Positions 39,923-49,639 of a DNA stretch of 64,000 bases are shown piece after piece. A model generated the notes under the pieces. The model was not told the origin of the DNA. It saw only the letters and a program-made list of their open reading frames with translations, and did no database searches. This DNA comes from a virus. Taxonomy: Duplodnaviria; Caudoviricetes. A program made the position numbers and the translations under genes. Location of the stretch: positions 96,001 through 160,000 of IMG/VR virus record IMGVR_UViG_2974692648_000001; one strand, written 5' to 3'. Numbering within the stretch: position 1 is the first letter of the stretch; every line of letters begins with the position of its first letter.

Positions 39923-40596
39923 TGTTGATCAAAATTAATAAACCCCGGGTAATGCCCGGGGACTACATCCGAATAGAAACCACGCATTTTAAACACAGAC
40001 CCAATGTTACTTTAAATGCAGACTTGACTAACCGGAATACCGGAACTACACGAGCGGTTTACATCGCTAATTATCGTGTGGAAGATGGTTACGTGTCTTT
40101 CCTTGACACTAAAGGGTTAGAAACAGGTGATTATGACATAGTGGTTTGGCAGCGTGGTAATTACGGTAATCGAGCTGAAGCTAAATTCTCCATAGCTGAC
40201 GAAGCAATCCAAGATTATAAATTGCAGGCGCAAGTCAAAACGTTCCACTGGATACTGTGGAAGTGGTTAGAGTCCATTGACATCTACTCGTCTCCGGTTA
40301 AACTCCACGAACTGAATTTCTTGCCGGATGCGGAAGCTAAGACGTTGGGGATTAGTTTAGCTAAGAAGACTGGGTTGGTTAATATTAAAGTGGAAAACTT
40401 TAATGAGGACTTTGAAACTTTGTGCCGTATGTTGTCGGTCTACTATCCTACTATTGACGAGGTGATTCCAATGGACGACATGATAGACCTTCGCTGCCAC
40501 TTAGTTAACTTGGGTCAACTCAAGTATGACTTGGAAATCAATGCCCATCGCCTCACCAGCTTATTTCCACGAACCTTAACACTTTATACCAATTAA
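39922..40596 (+). CDS. Hypothetical protein with an N-terminal Ig-like domain
   Basis: PGDYI.I...LDTKGLETGDYDIVV...AKFSI; TAATG coupling. Confidence 0.7.
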   Translation: MLIKINKPRVMPGDYIRIETTHFKHRPNVTLNADLTNRNTGTTRAVYIANYRVEDGYVSFLDTKGLETGDYDIVVWQRGNYGNRAEAKFSIADEAIQDYKLQAQVKTFHWILWKWLESIDIYSSPVKLHELNFLPDAEAKTLGISLAKKTGLVNIKVENFNEDFETLCRMLSVYYPTIDEVIPMDDMIDLRCHLVNLGQLKYDLEINAHRLTSLFPRTLTLYTN

Positions 40597-40607
40597 AGGA
40601 GTTTGAT

Positions 40608-41225
40608 GTGTTAATTAAGAAAATTGATAACACTGTCGCTTTACCTAGCGTTCAAGACGGTTACCGTCGCGGTATGATTATGCGTCATCAGGAAGAGCAA
40701 GGTACATTTCTGAGCATCACTATGATAGCGGGTCCGGGTACTCCGTTATTCCATTTAAGTAATGTGGTATGTGGTAACCCTGAAGAAGCGCTAGCTCAAT
40801 TAACTGCAATCGACCGAGATTATCGTACCGCAGAAGTGTACGGTGACTTCACACCAGAAGTAGTGAGCTACCTGAGGAAACATAATTACTATGTTAATCT
40901 GATTCCTTACCCACTGTTTCAAATGATCAAGGAACTCAAGATCCACCGAGTATATGACGTAGATGATTTAGAGTTCCAAGATCATGTCAAAATAGGTACG
41001 GTCTTTGAGTCTGATTCAGAATTGACTTATCAACAATCGGGAGACGCTTATGATAGTGTGGACGCGGTGTTGGTTAGTATCGAACCCATCAATACCTTTG
41101 AACGTTTGATGGCGGTGCTTAAACTCATTTCTACGAAAGTTAAGAAAGCCAACGTTTACATCCAGTGTGGGAATGGACTCTCCAAATTGATGACCGAAAA
41201 AGGAATGGTCCATCATGTCTATTGA
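40608..41225 (+). CDS. Hypothetical protein
   Basis: GTG start with an AAGGAG RBS. Confidence 0.7.
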   Translation: MLIKKIDNTVALPSVQDGYRRGMIMRHQEEQGTFLSITMIAGPGTPLFHLSNVVCGNPEEALAQLTAIDRDYRTAEVYGDFTPEVVSYLRKHNYYVNLIPYPLFQMIKELKIHRVYDVDDLEFQDHVKIGTVFESDSELTYQQSGDAYDSVDAVLVSIEPINTFERLMAVLKLISTKVKKANVYIQCGNGLSKLMTEKGMVHHVY

Positions 41226-41544
41226 GTTGAATCTGTGGGGTTACGATGAACTCGACCCTGAAGATTATCGTGCAGTAAGAGATCTTGACAGTCGTCACTA
41301 TGTTTATTGTCAGATCGAATACGACACGCATTCTGAAGAAAGTCATTTCTTTGGAGATACTTTTGATCACCATGTTCCAGTTATTGTCTTACGTCAACTA
41401 AGTGGTGAAGTGTTACTATCCCACATTCGTAAGTTAGAAACGTTGGATCGCAATCGTATCATAGTCTTCGTCCCTCAATACCAAGAGATGTTAGATGTTT
41501 TAGCAGATCATGGTTATGAAGTAAAACCAGCGGCTGGTGAATAA
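41215..41544 (+). CDS. Hypothetical protein
   Basis: 109-aa ORF overlapping the upstream stop. Confidence 0.65.
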   Translation: MSIELNLWGYDELDPEDYRAVRDLDSRHYVYCQIEYDTHSEESHFFGDTFDHHVPVIVLRQLSGEVLLSHIRKLETLDRNRIIVFVPQYQEMLDVLADHGYEVKPAAGE

Positions 41545-41552
41545 TAAAGGTA

Positions 41553-41585
41553 AGTACTCTCCTCCCATTACGGGAGGAGAGTACT
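41553..41585. terminator. 14-bp palindrome between convergent genes (family variant)
   Basis: AGTACTCTCCTCCC-ATTAC-GGGAGGAGAGTACT. Confidence 0.75.
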
Positions 41586-41606
41586 ATTATACCTGTTTTT
41601 TTTTTC

Positions 41607-42242
41607 TTAACTCTGAAGATTACGGAGTTGTTCTTCTAACACTGCGATGTATTTACGGTCAGCAATTTGTTCCGCCTCTAATTGCTTAACACGGATAGCA
41701 TCAGAGGGGTTCTTAGTGATAGCCGCTCGTCGAGTGTTTTCAAATACTTCGTTTTGTTCTTTAGAAACGTAAGTCTTAGTAGGGACGGTTCCTAAATGCA
41801 CTTCAGGGTCCTCAATACCCGTAATAGACGAAGTTTGATCTTTCAAGTAAGTCTGGAAAGTTTTTAACTCATCTTTTAAGGTAGGAGGTACAGCACCCAG
41901 ATCCACAATAAAACAGAGTCGCTCATAAATGACACCGTCAATCAGAGGGAAAGATTTAAAGTAGATGGAAGGGATGTGTAGGGTTGGGAGCCCAGGAGCG
42001 ATCAACGTCACAACAGCGCCGTCAGCTTGATCCAGTTGATCCATTAATGAAGCGGATTCTTCCGAAGTCATTCCTACGGGTTCACCTACTAATAAGTGGG
42101 TGTTAACCTTGGCAATGTTCAATTCATCTACGGTACGAATTGCTTCAACCGTATACATGTATTTGGGATCACATATTTGATCAAAAGGTGCTAAAGCAAC
42201 GAACGACCCACTGGCTCCAATTTGTGGGATGACGTTATTCAT
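41607..42242 (-). CDS. Conserved-type jumbo phage protein, probably virion-associated
   Basis: 211 aa with a C-terminal coiled coil; lies in the block next to the gp155/uvsX-like genes. Confidence 0.6.
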   Translation of the reverse strand: MNNVIPQIGASGSFVALAPFDQICDPKYMYTVEAIRTVDELNIAKVNTHLLVGEPVGMTSEESASLMDQLDQADGAVVTLIAPGLPTLHIPSIYFKSFPLIDGVIYERLCFIVDLGAVPPTLKDELKTFQTYLKDQTSSITGIEDPEVHLGTVPTKTYVSKEQNEVFENTRRAAITKNPSDAIRVKQLEAEQIADRKYIAVLEEQLRNLQS

Positions 42243-43563
42243 TAATTACCCCGTCTTGTTTCATTTGCCACATGGTAGGACACAGGTAGTTGACTTTGTC
42301 AATGCGCTTAGTAACATATAGTAAACCATGACGTTCCAAGCGTTTAATCCCCGCTGGAGGAATGCCGTCAGGACGTACTACTTCAGCCGCAGACAAAAGA
42401 GATTCCATCTGTTTTACGAAGTGGTAGGTGTCTGGTTCAACACGACCGTTGTCCACGTCAATCGTACTTAAGATCTGATAATCTGGAACGACTTGTTTGA
42501 TCTTAATTTTCTCACCGTAGTTGTTTGGCTTAGCCACAAACGCCACTAAAGTGTTATTATACATGAACGGTACAGTTTGCAAGGATTTTATGAGGTCCTC
42601 GTTATTAACAGAAGGACAATACTTGGTGGGTAAGGCGAGTAAGGTTTCGTAATCACCGATAGGGGAGTACGTCGACGCTCTCTTAGTCTCGTTCGTGACA
42701 CCGACAGTGTTCCAATAAGGAACACAAGTAAACTCTAGTGGATTGAACAAATCAGGTAGGTGAGGTTCCCAAGTTGTTTCGCCGCTATCCGAGTTCGCTA
42801 GGATAGTGTCTTTAATGACTTCGTATATCTGTTCATCAGCGTCAGTGGCATTGCCATAAATGATGACAGTGAAGAATAGAGGAACGGTAACACCATTCGT
42901 GGTGTCCAGGAATTCAAACTTCACTGGCTTTCGTGCAGTGTACGGGTATTTCTGATCTGCGGTCAGTTCGTTAACGCGTCCCTGAATGCGATCGGCAGTT
43001 TCTTGTTGTAAACGCTCTTCTATTTCTAGATGATTGTGTACCAATAAGAAATCCATTTCTTCAGGAGGTAGAGGTAGCGCTACCAGGACCTCACGGTATG
43101 GGTAGCCGGATTCAAAGTGACCGGTTGCGTACCATACTCGAGCTGTTACCGGATCCGTAGTAGGGAAAGTCATCTCTACAAAAGACGGTAGGTAAATAAC
43201 GCTATTCGTTACCATTTCACCGACGCTAACAATTTCAATATCTTTTGTGAACGTGGCTCGGAGCTGTTGCAGGCACTCTTGGGCGTTTTGGCTCAAGTTG
43301 CCTTTCTTACCTTGGTCTAATAACCACGCGGTAATTTCGTTTTGACGATCAATCAGGTCGGGGTCTAGATAGACTTCTTCGCCTAATTGATTTTTGGAAT
43401 AGAAGTTGACCAAACTAGTGGTCCCGTCTTTACTTGGGTAAAAGTTTGGGTCCTTACTAAAGGTCATTTCCTGAGAGGTGAGTTCACCAATCGGGGACGT
43501 CACCAAAGGGTGTCGATCATGGAGTTCCGGAATACTTCCGAACGATAAGAAATTAACAGGCAT
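42235..43563 (-). CDS. Putative virion structural protein
   Basis: 442-aa ORF coupled to the downstream gene; assignment from context only. Confidence 0.6.
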   Translation of the reverse strand: MPVNFLSFGSIPELHDRHPLVTSPIGELTSQEMTFSKDPNFYPSKDGTTSLVNFYSKNQLGEEVYLDPDLIDRQNEITAWLLDQGKKGNLSQNAQECLQQLRATFTKDIEIVSVGEMVTNSVIYLPSFVEMTFPTTDPVTARVWYATGHFESGYPYREVLVALPLPPEEMDFLLVHNHLEIEERLQQETADRIQGRVNELTADQKYPYTARKPVKFEFLDTTNGVTVPLFFTVIIYGNATDADEQIYEVIKDTILANSDSGETTWEPHLPDLFNPLEFTCVPYWNTVGVTNETKRASTYSPIGDYETLLALPTKYCPSVNNEDLIKSLQTVPFMYNNTLVAFVAKPNNYGEKIKIKQVVPDYQILSTIDVDNGRVEPDTYHFVKQMESLLSAAEVVRPDGIPPAGIKRLERHGLLYVTKRIDKVNYLCPTMWQMKQDGVINE

Positions 43564-43603
43564 AATAGTTTCCCACTAATAAAAACAATAAGGTGTGTTA
43601 GCG

Positions 43604-44035
43604 ATGCAGATAGTTCTACAAGAACTGGCGGACCGTATCATAGAATCTGTGGTCCCGAAGGTTCAAGGAGAGACATACGGAGAAAAGATAAGGGTAGTTC
43701 TAAGGTGGACAATCTTCTACGCAACCATCGTGACGTGGCTGCTGTTTGGCTTAGGCATTCAGTATACTCACACGTTGTTGAAGAAGCAAGAATGGAAGGA
43801 AACCAGTGCGGTTATCCAACAAATCTTTGCAGTGGAGGACAACCCGTTAAAGTCATTCGTGACCATTAACCGGGGTTTGACCGCTCGATTAGAAACTATC
43901 CAAGACGAACACATCACAATTTTAAAAGAACGTGCAGTATTGGCTAGAGATAATGAAAGGTTAACTCGTGAAAATATTCAGCTTAAACGTTTGATCGATT
44001 CGAAACAGTGTTCTATTCAGAATGAAAATAAATAA
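43604..44035 (+). CDS. Single-TM protein with a C-terminal coiled coil
   Basis: WTIFYATIVTWLLFGLGI followed by heptad-like repeats. Confidence 0.65.
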   Translation: MQIVLQELADRIIESVVPKVQGETYGEKIRVVLRWTIFYATIVTWLLFGLGIQYTHTLLKKQEWKETSAVIQQIFAVEDNPLKSFVTINRGLTARLETIQDEHITILKERAVLARDNERLTRENIQLKRLIDSKQCSIQNENK

Positions 44036-44127
44036 GACCATACTAGCCTGTTCCTTAGGGGACAGGTTAGTATATTTCCACACAGGTGCAGATTTATAGG
44101 TTATCAATATAAACTAGTGGTATCAGA

Positions 44128-45660
44128 ATGACAACACTTAAAAAGAACATGGTGGTATATATCGGAGCTGGAACCACCACCTTCAAAAAGACGCGTCGTA
44201 CACCGGAACGTAAACAGTTCTATACGGCGTTGCACGGGTATACGTATAACCCGGAAGTCGAAGGTAAGAAGCAGCTCAAGAAAAACGTCCCAGCGACCAT
44301 GGGTTATTGGACGAGCTCTACCACTTCATCAGGGATTGTTGTTAACCAACAAGATATCATCGCTGGTTACTCTTCTTCAAGGGACGACGAATGCGAAGCC
44401 TGGGTGAGTTTATTAGAACAACTTCAAAATTACATTAGCTCCATCACTAAGGAAGTTGTAATTGAGAAGAAAGAGGAAGTGGAATACGATGTAGAGTGGA
44501 CACGAATTTTGTTCATTCCAGATTCACCTTTCTTTTATCGTGTTATGGAGATGACTGAAGGTCGTAAAGGCAAGTGTGATGATGTTCTCTTCAAACGTAT
44601 CAAGGTGGTTCAGGATTTCTTCAAACCTTACATGCCGGTTACTAAAAATGTAGACGTTAAAGTTGCATTCGTAAAGGGTGGTTTGGGGGCAAAGCGTCTA
44701 GGTGAAGAAATGGGGCTGGCGGATGTCATGACCTTATGGGGTGACCACCCAGAATGTTACGTCACTGCAACTCCTCTGAAAGAGTACGAAAACCCAGAAA
44801 CTGGTCTACCTAAAATCATCAGTGGTAACCGTTGGTATTTCCGTACCGGTAAAGGTACCGACTATTGGGATGAGATTGAGGGTTATCGTCGTTACCAGTT
44901 CGGTAAGGTGGAGAAAGGCAAACATTACTATGGCAAATTAACACCTGACGTGACCTACAGTGCTTTGTTTGTAAAAGAACCTATCCCATACTTCGATAAG
45001 TTGTTTAACTTCACTGAGGAACGTACAGACAACCCTCGTGAGTTAATGTGTACTGGTAACATGCAGTGCGTAACCAGTAAAGGGGTGGCTCGTCTCATCG
45101 ACAGTTATCCGGGGGTGAGAAAAGGTAAAGACTTAGTAGTGCCTTTTGTAGTGGGGACTAAGGAGGATCCAACCTTAGTTGAACTGATCGACCCACCAGG
45201 ACTGTCTTTCATGATTGTCGAGTCCATGGACCGTATTGACCTAACGTTCCGTTGCTGGAAGAACCGGGATGAGAACAATCGCTACGGGGAGTATCAGGAG
45301 TACTTCGACATTACTGACAAGTTCTTCGTTAAAGAGGCGAACAAAAAAGGTGACATTAAGTTAAAGTTGAATCCAGCCTTTAAACCTAGTGAAGCCATCA
45401 TTCGCCACACAGCACAACACCCTAAAGCGGTATGTCCTGTTCCTATCATGTTAAGCATTGGGTATGATGTTCCAGAACGAAACTGTTTTAACTCGATTAC
45501 GGACCCGGAAGTTAAAGTGTGGTTAAACTTGGATTACAGCAACGACCGTTGTTTGATCTATCGTACTATCATTGAAACTTCTGATTGGATTTACGTCTTT
45601 ACTTCGGCGTCGGCAAACGTTCGTGTATTGAATAAGAAAGAATTGGGTGAAAGTAAATAA
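44128..45660 (+). CDS. phiKZ gp155-like RNase H-fold protein, degenerate active site
   Basis: VVYIGAG / HGYTY / IPDSPF / FVKGG...LAD map onto the RNase H strand order; position next to uvsX. Confidence 0.6.
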   Translation: MTTLKKNMVVYIGAGTTTFKKTRRTPERKQFYTALHGYTYNPEVEGKKQLKKNVPATMGYWTSSTTSSGIVVNQQDIIAGYSSSRDDECEAWVSLLEQLQNYISSITKEVVIEKKEEVEYDVEWTRILFIPDSPFFYRVMEMTEGRKGKCDDVLFKRIKVVQDFFKPYMPVTKNVDVKVAFVKGGLGAKRLGEEMGLADVMTLWGDHPECYVTATPLKEYENPETGLPKIISGNRWYFRTGKGTDYWDEIEGYRRYQFGKVEKGKHYYGKLTPDVTYSALFVKEPIPYFDKLFNFTEERTDNPRELMCTGNMQCVTSKGVARLIDSYPGVRKGKDLVVPFVVGTKEDPTLVELIDPPGLSFMIVESMDRIDLTFRCWKNRDENNRYGEYQEYFDITDKFFVKEANKKGDIKLKLNPAFKPSEAIIRHTAQHPKAVCPVPIMLSIGYDVPERNCFNSITDPEVKVWLNLDYSNDRCLIYRTIIETSDWIYVFTSASANVRVLNKKELGESK

Positions 45661-45664
45661 GACG

Positions 45665-45686
45665 GAGGTAGGGTTCCCCCTACCTC
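45665..45686. terminator. Hairpin between convergent genes
   Basis: GAGGTAGGG-TTCC-CCCTACCTC followed by a T-tract. Confidence 0.7.
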
Positions 45687-45710
45687 TTCTTTTTTGTTTA
45701 TTGGTTATTT

Positions 45711-46520
45711 TTACCAAGACTCAACTGCATCACAATGTGCTTTAAGTACCGCAGACAATTCGTTTAACAGACCAACTACCGCTCCCGTTACGTTCATGTA
45801 ACGCTCGAATTCATCAAAGGTTTGTTTGAACTGATTGATCTCTCGTTCATCCAACACAATGTCGTTAGACAAAATTCGGTCTAATACCAGATCACCTAAC
45901 TCCGCATTGAGTTTAAGCTGGCGAGCGACGATTTCCACGTCTCGTGCTTTAACTAATTTAACACGTAGGTTAAAATCGTTAATCAAACCAAACATCTTAT
46001 CAAAAGAAGGGTATAAGTTTTCCAGTGGTTGAGTCATGGAACGTTTTGAGTCACCCAGTGTCTTGATGAATTTATCTAGATCATCAATCTGACGCGCTGT
46101 CCCAGAGATCGTATGACGGTAAGTGCCTCCCACCTTCCCCTTGGCTGCGATTTCTTTTAACCAGTCGTAGAAACGAGCTGAATCAGTTTTGAAACCATCT
46201 AATAAAGAAACACCTTGGGTGCACATCTTAACGTATGCGTCCCACGCCATCTTACGGTTATCGTAGTGCACAGGGATTGGTAGTTCACTTTCTGCTTTAG
46301 ATAGGTAGCTAAGTTTCTTTGCTTTACCTTGAGCTTTGCGATAATCGACCGTATGAATCGAAGAAGAAATGGCAGAAATCTTACGGTCTAGGTCCAAAGA
46401 CAAATTCTTTAGACGTAAACGGAATCCTTCAACAGGAGTTAAAAATTTAGGGATACCGAATGCTTCATTTCCGTCTACTCGCCCTTCCGATAGTAGACGT
46501 TCCAAGTAATAATTTTCCAT
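45711..46520 (-). CDS. Putative virion protein (helical)
   Basis: Probable start MENYY at 46520 (track gives 46562); divergent from uvsX. Confidence 0.6.
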   Translation of the reverse strand: MENYYLERLLSEGRVDGNEAFGIPKFLTPVEGFRLRLKNLSLDLDRKISAISSSIHTVDYRKAQGKAKKLSYLSKAESELPIPVHYDNRKMAWDAYVKMCTQGVSLLDGFKTDSARFYDWLKEIAAKGKVGGTYRHTISGTARQIDDLDKFIKTLGDSKRSMTQPLENLYPSFDKMFGLINDFNLRVKLVKARDVEIVARQLKLNAELGDLVLDRILSNDIVLDEREINQFKQTFDEFERYMNVTGAVVGLLNELSAVLKAHCDAVESW

Positions 46521-46576
46521 GACTGTAATGCCTTTATATAGGTTAACTAACATAAAATTCAAAAACAGAGGTAAGT

Positions 46577-48010
46577 ATGTCCACCGCTTTTAATTTCATT
46601 AACAAAATCGAATCTTCAGAATCGATTCAGATTGGTCTAAACTTCTCTCCAATCTACGACATCAATAACGGACGCTTCTTTGTCGGTAAAGATGACTTAG
46701 CGTACTGTAACGGTGGCGTGACTCCAAACAACGCAATTGCGGGTGGCTCAAATACTCAGAAAACAGGTATGTTAATCTTGAGCTGTTTAAGCTTCCTACA
46801 ACGCATCCCGCAAGGCATTATCATTTACGGTGATACGGAGGCGACTCTGGACATCGGTCGCCTTTCAGAAGCCGTGGATGCACGCTTTGGTGAGCCGGGT
46901 TACTTTAACCGTGAAATCCTAGGTAAACGTTTCATCTATCTAAGTTCCAACGATGGTTACGACGGTACTCAACTGCACAACATCATCAAAGACGCGTACA
47001 AAGAATTCCAAGACTCTAAAACAGATAAAAGTCGTTATATTGAAACCCCGTTCTACGATAAGTCAGGTAAGTTGATTTCTATCTACACACCTATCATGGT
47101 TATCACCGATTCCCTAGGCGAGCTTCGATTCAATGAAGCGTCTGTCAAGTTCCAAGAAGGTGATGTGGATGAAGGCGGTAAGAAACGTACTCGTGATATG
47201 GAGTTTGGTAACTTAAAACGTATCGTGTTCGAAGATGCTCACCACTTAGGTGGAGTCGCCGGCCTTAAACTTTGGTGGGTAGGTCAAACTACCGACGTTA
47301 TCAACATGGATGGTAAGCCTCAAGAGAAACAATCAACCTTTATTCGTCAAGGTAAAAAGATTGCTAAGTGTCCTAAAGCTATCTTGCAACTTCCTGCACA
47401 AGGTTACGAAATCATTCGTGGTTCAGCACTTAAATCTGACCAGCAATGGATGTATCCTAACCCACTAGGTCGTGACGTCATCATTGACGCAGACGCCCGT
47501 GAAAACCCAGACTTGCTCTCTTACGCCTACACCATGTTCCGTAACAAAGGCGGGTCTTCTGGCATCAGTGGTACGTTCATTGGTTCTCAGTCAGACGGTA
47601 TTCAGGAAGGTCTGTCTATGTACCATGCTCTAAAGACAAATGGTTACTTTGGTCTAGACGGTTCTAAGATTTCTCACGAGTGTACATTCCTACCGGGAGT
47701 TAAGGTGGGACGCACTACGGTTCGTAGTGTTATTGCTAAGAACCATAAGTTCTACCGCGCCATTACATTGATGTATCACATCATGGTCATGCAACGCCAG
47801 TGGTTACGTCTACCGGACCATTACCGCATGACACCGGAAGAAATCTACAAAGCCATTAAAGAGAAAGGTTTTGATTGGGATGAGTTATTAGACTCAGTTG
47901 ACTTCTGGCACACAAACCCAGATATCGATAAACCAACTATTACGGCGATGCAAATCTTCCGCTTAGCCACTGGTGAATCAAAAGCCACTGGTCGTCCTGC
48001 CAAGAAATAA
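46577..48010 (+). CDS. uvsX: UvsX/RecA-like recombinase (phiKZ gp152-like)
   Basis: Variant Walker A GGSNTQKT, YGDTEAT, Walker B ITDSL, RNK motif. Confidence 0.85.
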   Translation: MSTAFNFINKIESSESIQIGLNFSPIYDINNGRFFVGKDDLAYCNGGVTPNNAIAGGSNTQKTGMLILSCLSFLQRIPQGIIIYGDTEATLDIGRLSEAVDARFGEPGYFNREILGKRFIYLSSNDGYDGTQLHNIIKDAYKEFQDSKTDKSRYIETPFYDKSGKLISIYTPIMVITDSLGELRFNEASVKFQEGDVDEGGKKRTRDMEFGNLKRIVFEDAHHLGGVAGLKLWWVGQTTDVINMDGKPQEKQSTFIRQGKKIAKCPKAILQLPAQGYEIIRGSALKSDQQWMYPNPLGRDVIIDADARENPDLLSYAYTMFRNKGGSSGISGTFIGSQSDGIQEGLSMYHALKTNGYFGLDGSKISHECTFLPGVKVGRTTVRSVIAKNHKFYRAITLMYHIMVMQRQWLRLPDHYRMTPEEIYKAIKEKGFDWDELLDSVDFWHTNPDIDKPTITAMQIFRLATGESKATGRPAKK

Positions 48011-48023
48011 ACATTTAAATATT

Positions 48024-48053
48024 ATGGGGTGGTAATTCACCCCATCTTTTTTT
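48024..48053 (+). terminator. Terminator-like hairpin after uvsX
   Basis: ATGGGGTG-GTAATT-CACCCCAT followed by CTTTTTTT. Confidence 0.65.
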
Positions 48054-48076
48054 ACAGAATTCGGAGAATAATAACA

Positions 48077-48442
48077 ATGTCAGTCAACACTAAAAACATC
48101 CTGGTCATTTGTGACTCTGGTTTTGGTAACTTATGCGCCGAACCTCAGGATTATCTCAGTCGTCTCAAGGGAGTAGTTAGCGACCGCACTAACAACGACT
48201 TTCAGTTTCACACAGTAAGTGGTAAATACGGCATTGGAGAATTGGATCAAGACGTTAAAGTCTTGGACATCGAAGATCGTAATAAGACTTCATTTGTGCA
48301 AACTATCGAAAACCTGGTCGATCAAACCAGTGAACTTATCATTATTTCCGTTGTGGATCACGATGCCCACATCGAAGCTTTGGCTTCAGCATTGAGTGAA
48401 CGTTGTATCACTATCCGCCGCTACAAATACGAGAGGAAGTAA
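48077..48442 (+). CDS. Hypothetical protein
   Basis: ATG at 48077 follows GGAG. Confidence 0.65.
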   Translation: MSVNTKNILVICDSGFGNLCAEPQDYLSRLKGVVSDRTNNDFQFHTVSGKYGIGELDQDVKVLDIEDRNKTSFVQTIENLVDQTSELIIISVVDHDAHIEALASALSERCITIRRYKYERK

Positions 48443-48443
48443 C

Positions 48444-49124
48444 ATGAAAAATCGTAACCGTAAGGCCGCCGAGCGTTACTGGCTTACATTGATGAAAGAA
48501 ATCACCGAGGGTGGTTACAACTATACTGTGTACAAAAACCTGTTTGACAAAATGGACGACGATCAGTTTGAAGAGTTCATGGTTCGTCTAGAAGCAGGTG
48601 GGATGTTATCTATTCATGTGGATAACATGAATCCAAAAGAATACCCAGTGTTTGACGTCATTACTAAGTTGAGTCGTGAACGTGGCTTAGAGCCAGAACA
48701 ACATCTTGTCTTTTATGATCAAGATACCGGACTCCGTTATGAAACACCTGAGACGTTCGTGGTTGGTACTGCTGAAACTCGTAAACAGCGTCAGATGTGG
48801 GTGAAGAAATTCGGTGCGGCTAAAGATGATTCTAAGATCGACGACTTAACCGGTCAAGTTTTTGGTGATTCTCGCGGCACAGGTATTTCTATTCCTGAGG
48901 TTCGTGTTCTTAAGACCTTAGGTTTAGATTTGACAGCGAAAGAACTCTACGGCGTTAAGGGTGGTGACTTAGGTGCACTGGACGAATACCGTAAAAGTAT
49001 TCAGGAAACAGGACACGCTACGGTGGAAGGGTCGCTTCGTCACGGCACTGGTGTGCGTTCTTTACAAACGGCTTCTATGTTGATGATGGGTCGTCACTTA
49101 GAAAACAACGTAGGAGAACGATAA
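48444..49124 (+). CDS. Virion RNA polymerase beta-subunit C-terminal fragment (phiKZ gp149-like)
   Basis: YDQDTG...VVG...KK...LTGQ..G...PEV..L...EL..VKGGD parallels the RpoB C-terminus (YDGRTG...VG...TQQP.GG...EMEV...EMLTVKSDD). Confidence 0.85.
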   Translation: MKNRNRKAAERYWLTLMKEITEGGYNYTVYKNLFDKMDDDQFEEFMVRLEAGGMLSIHVDNMNPKEYPVFDVITKLSRERGLEPEQHLVFYDQDTGLRYETPETFVVGTAETRKQRQMWVKKFGAAKDDSKIDDLTGQVFGDSRGTGISIPEVRVLKTLGLDLTAKELYGVKGGDLGALDEYRKSIQETGHATVEGSLRHGTGVRSLQTASMLMMGRHLENNVGER

Positions 49125-49639
49125 TGGACAAATACCCACACATTGCGCATTGGTTGAATGTCTGGTCTCGGGAACTTGCTGTACTGAAATGGAGTTTGAC
49201 GAGTGATCAAGACCGTCATCATTCTATCTTCCATTTAAGCGCCTTTACCGCCACAGAACCTTTGATTACCTTTGAAGAAACCTTCATTAGTTTCAAGGAA
49301 CAAATGTTGGCTGGTAACGATTCATCCACTGTTGTTACTGAACTTATGGAATTGTCCTTCCGCGTTAACAGCAAGTTGAACTTCACCGAGTTGCTTAAAG
49401 AGACCAAAGAACTTTACAAGGGTTTGGAAAAGGAATTTGATGGTCTTGGGTTAGTCTGGTTAAAGGAAGAATCTCCTTTGGTTATCTTCTGTCTATTGCA
49501 CCGAATTTATGCCATCGAGATATCAGCTCGTGTTAAAACGTATGAACCAGGAAAGCACAATCCGATGTTGGGTCCTTACCAACCTGCTTTAGAAGAATTA
49601 CTGGGTCTTCATACTAATCCTCCTAAGGAGGAAAAATAA
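49124..49639 (+). CDS. Hypothetical protein
   Basis: 171 aa; TAATG coupling. Confidence 0.7.
   Translation: MDKYPHIAHWLNVWSRELAVLKWSLTSDQDRHHSIFHLSAFTATEPLITFEETFISFKEQMLAGNDSSTVVTELMELSFRVNSKLNFTELLKETKELYKGLEKEFDGLGLVWLKEESPLVIFCLLHRIYAIEISARVKTYEPGKHNPMLGPYQPALEELLGLHTNPPKEEK

Noticed and set aside
40608-41544. Possible degenerate GNAT-like repeats in two adjacent ORFs
   Set aside because: Only a vague L..HGY-type ending is shared and there is no acetyl-CoA binding motif; too weak to support
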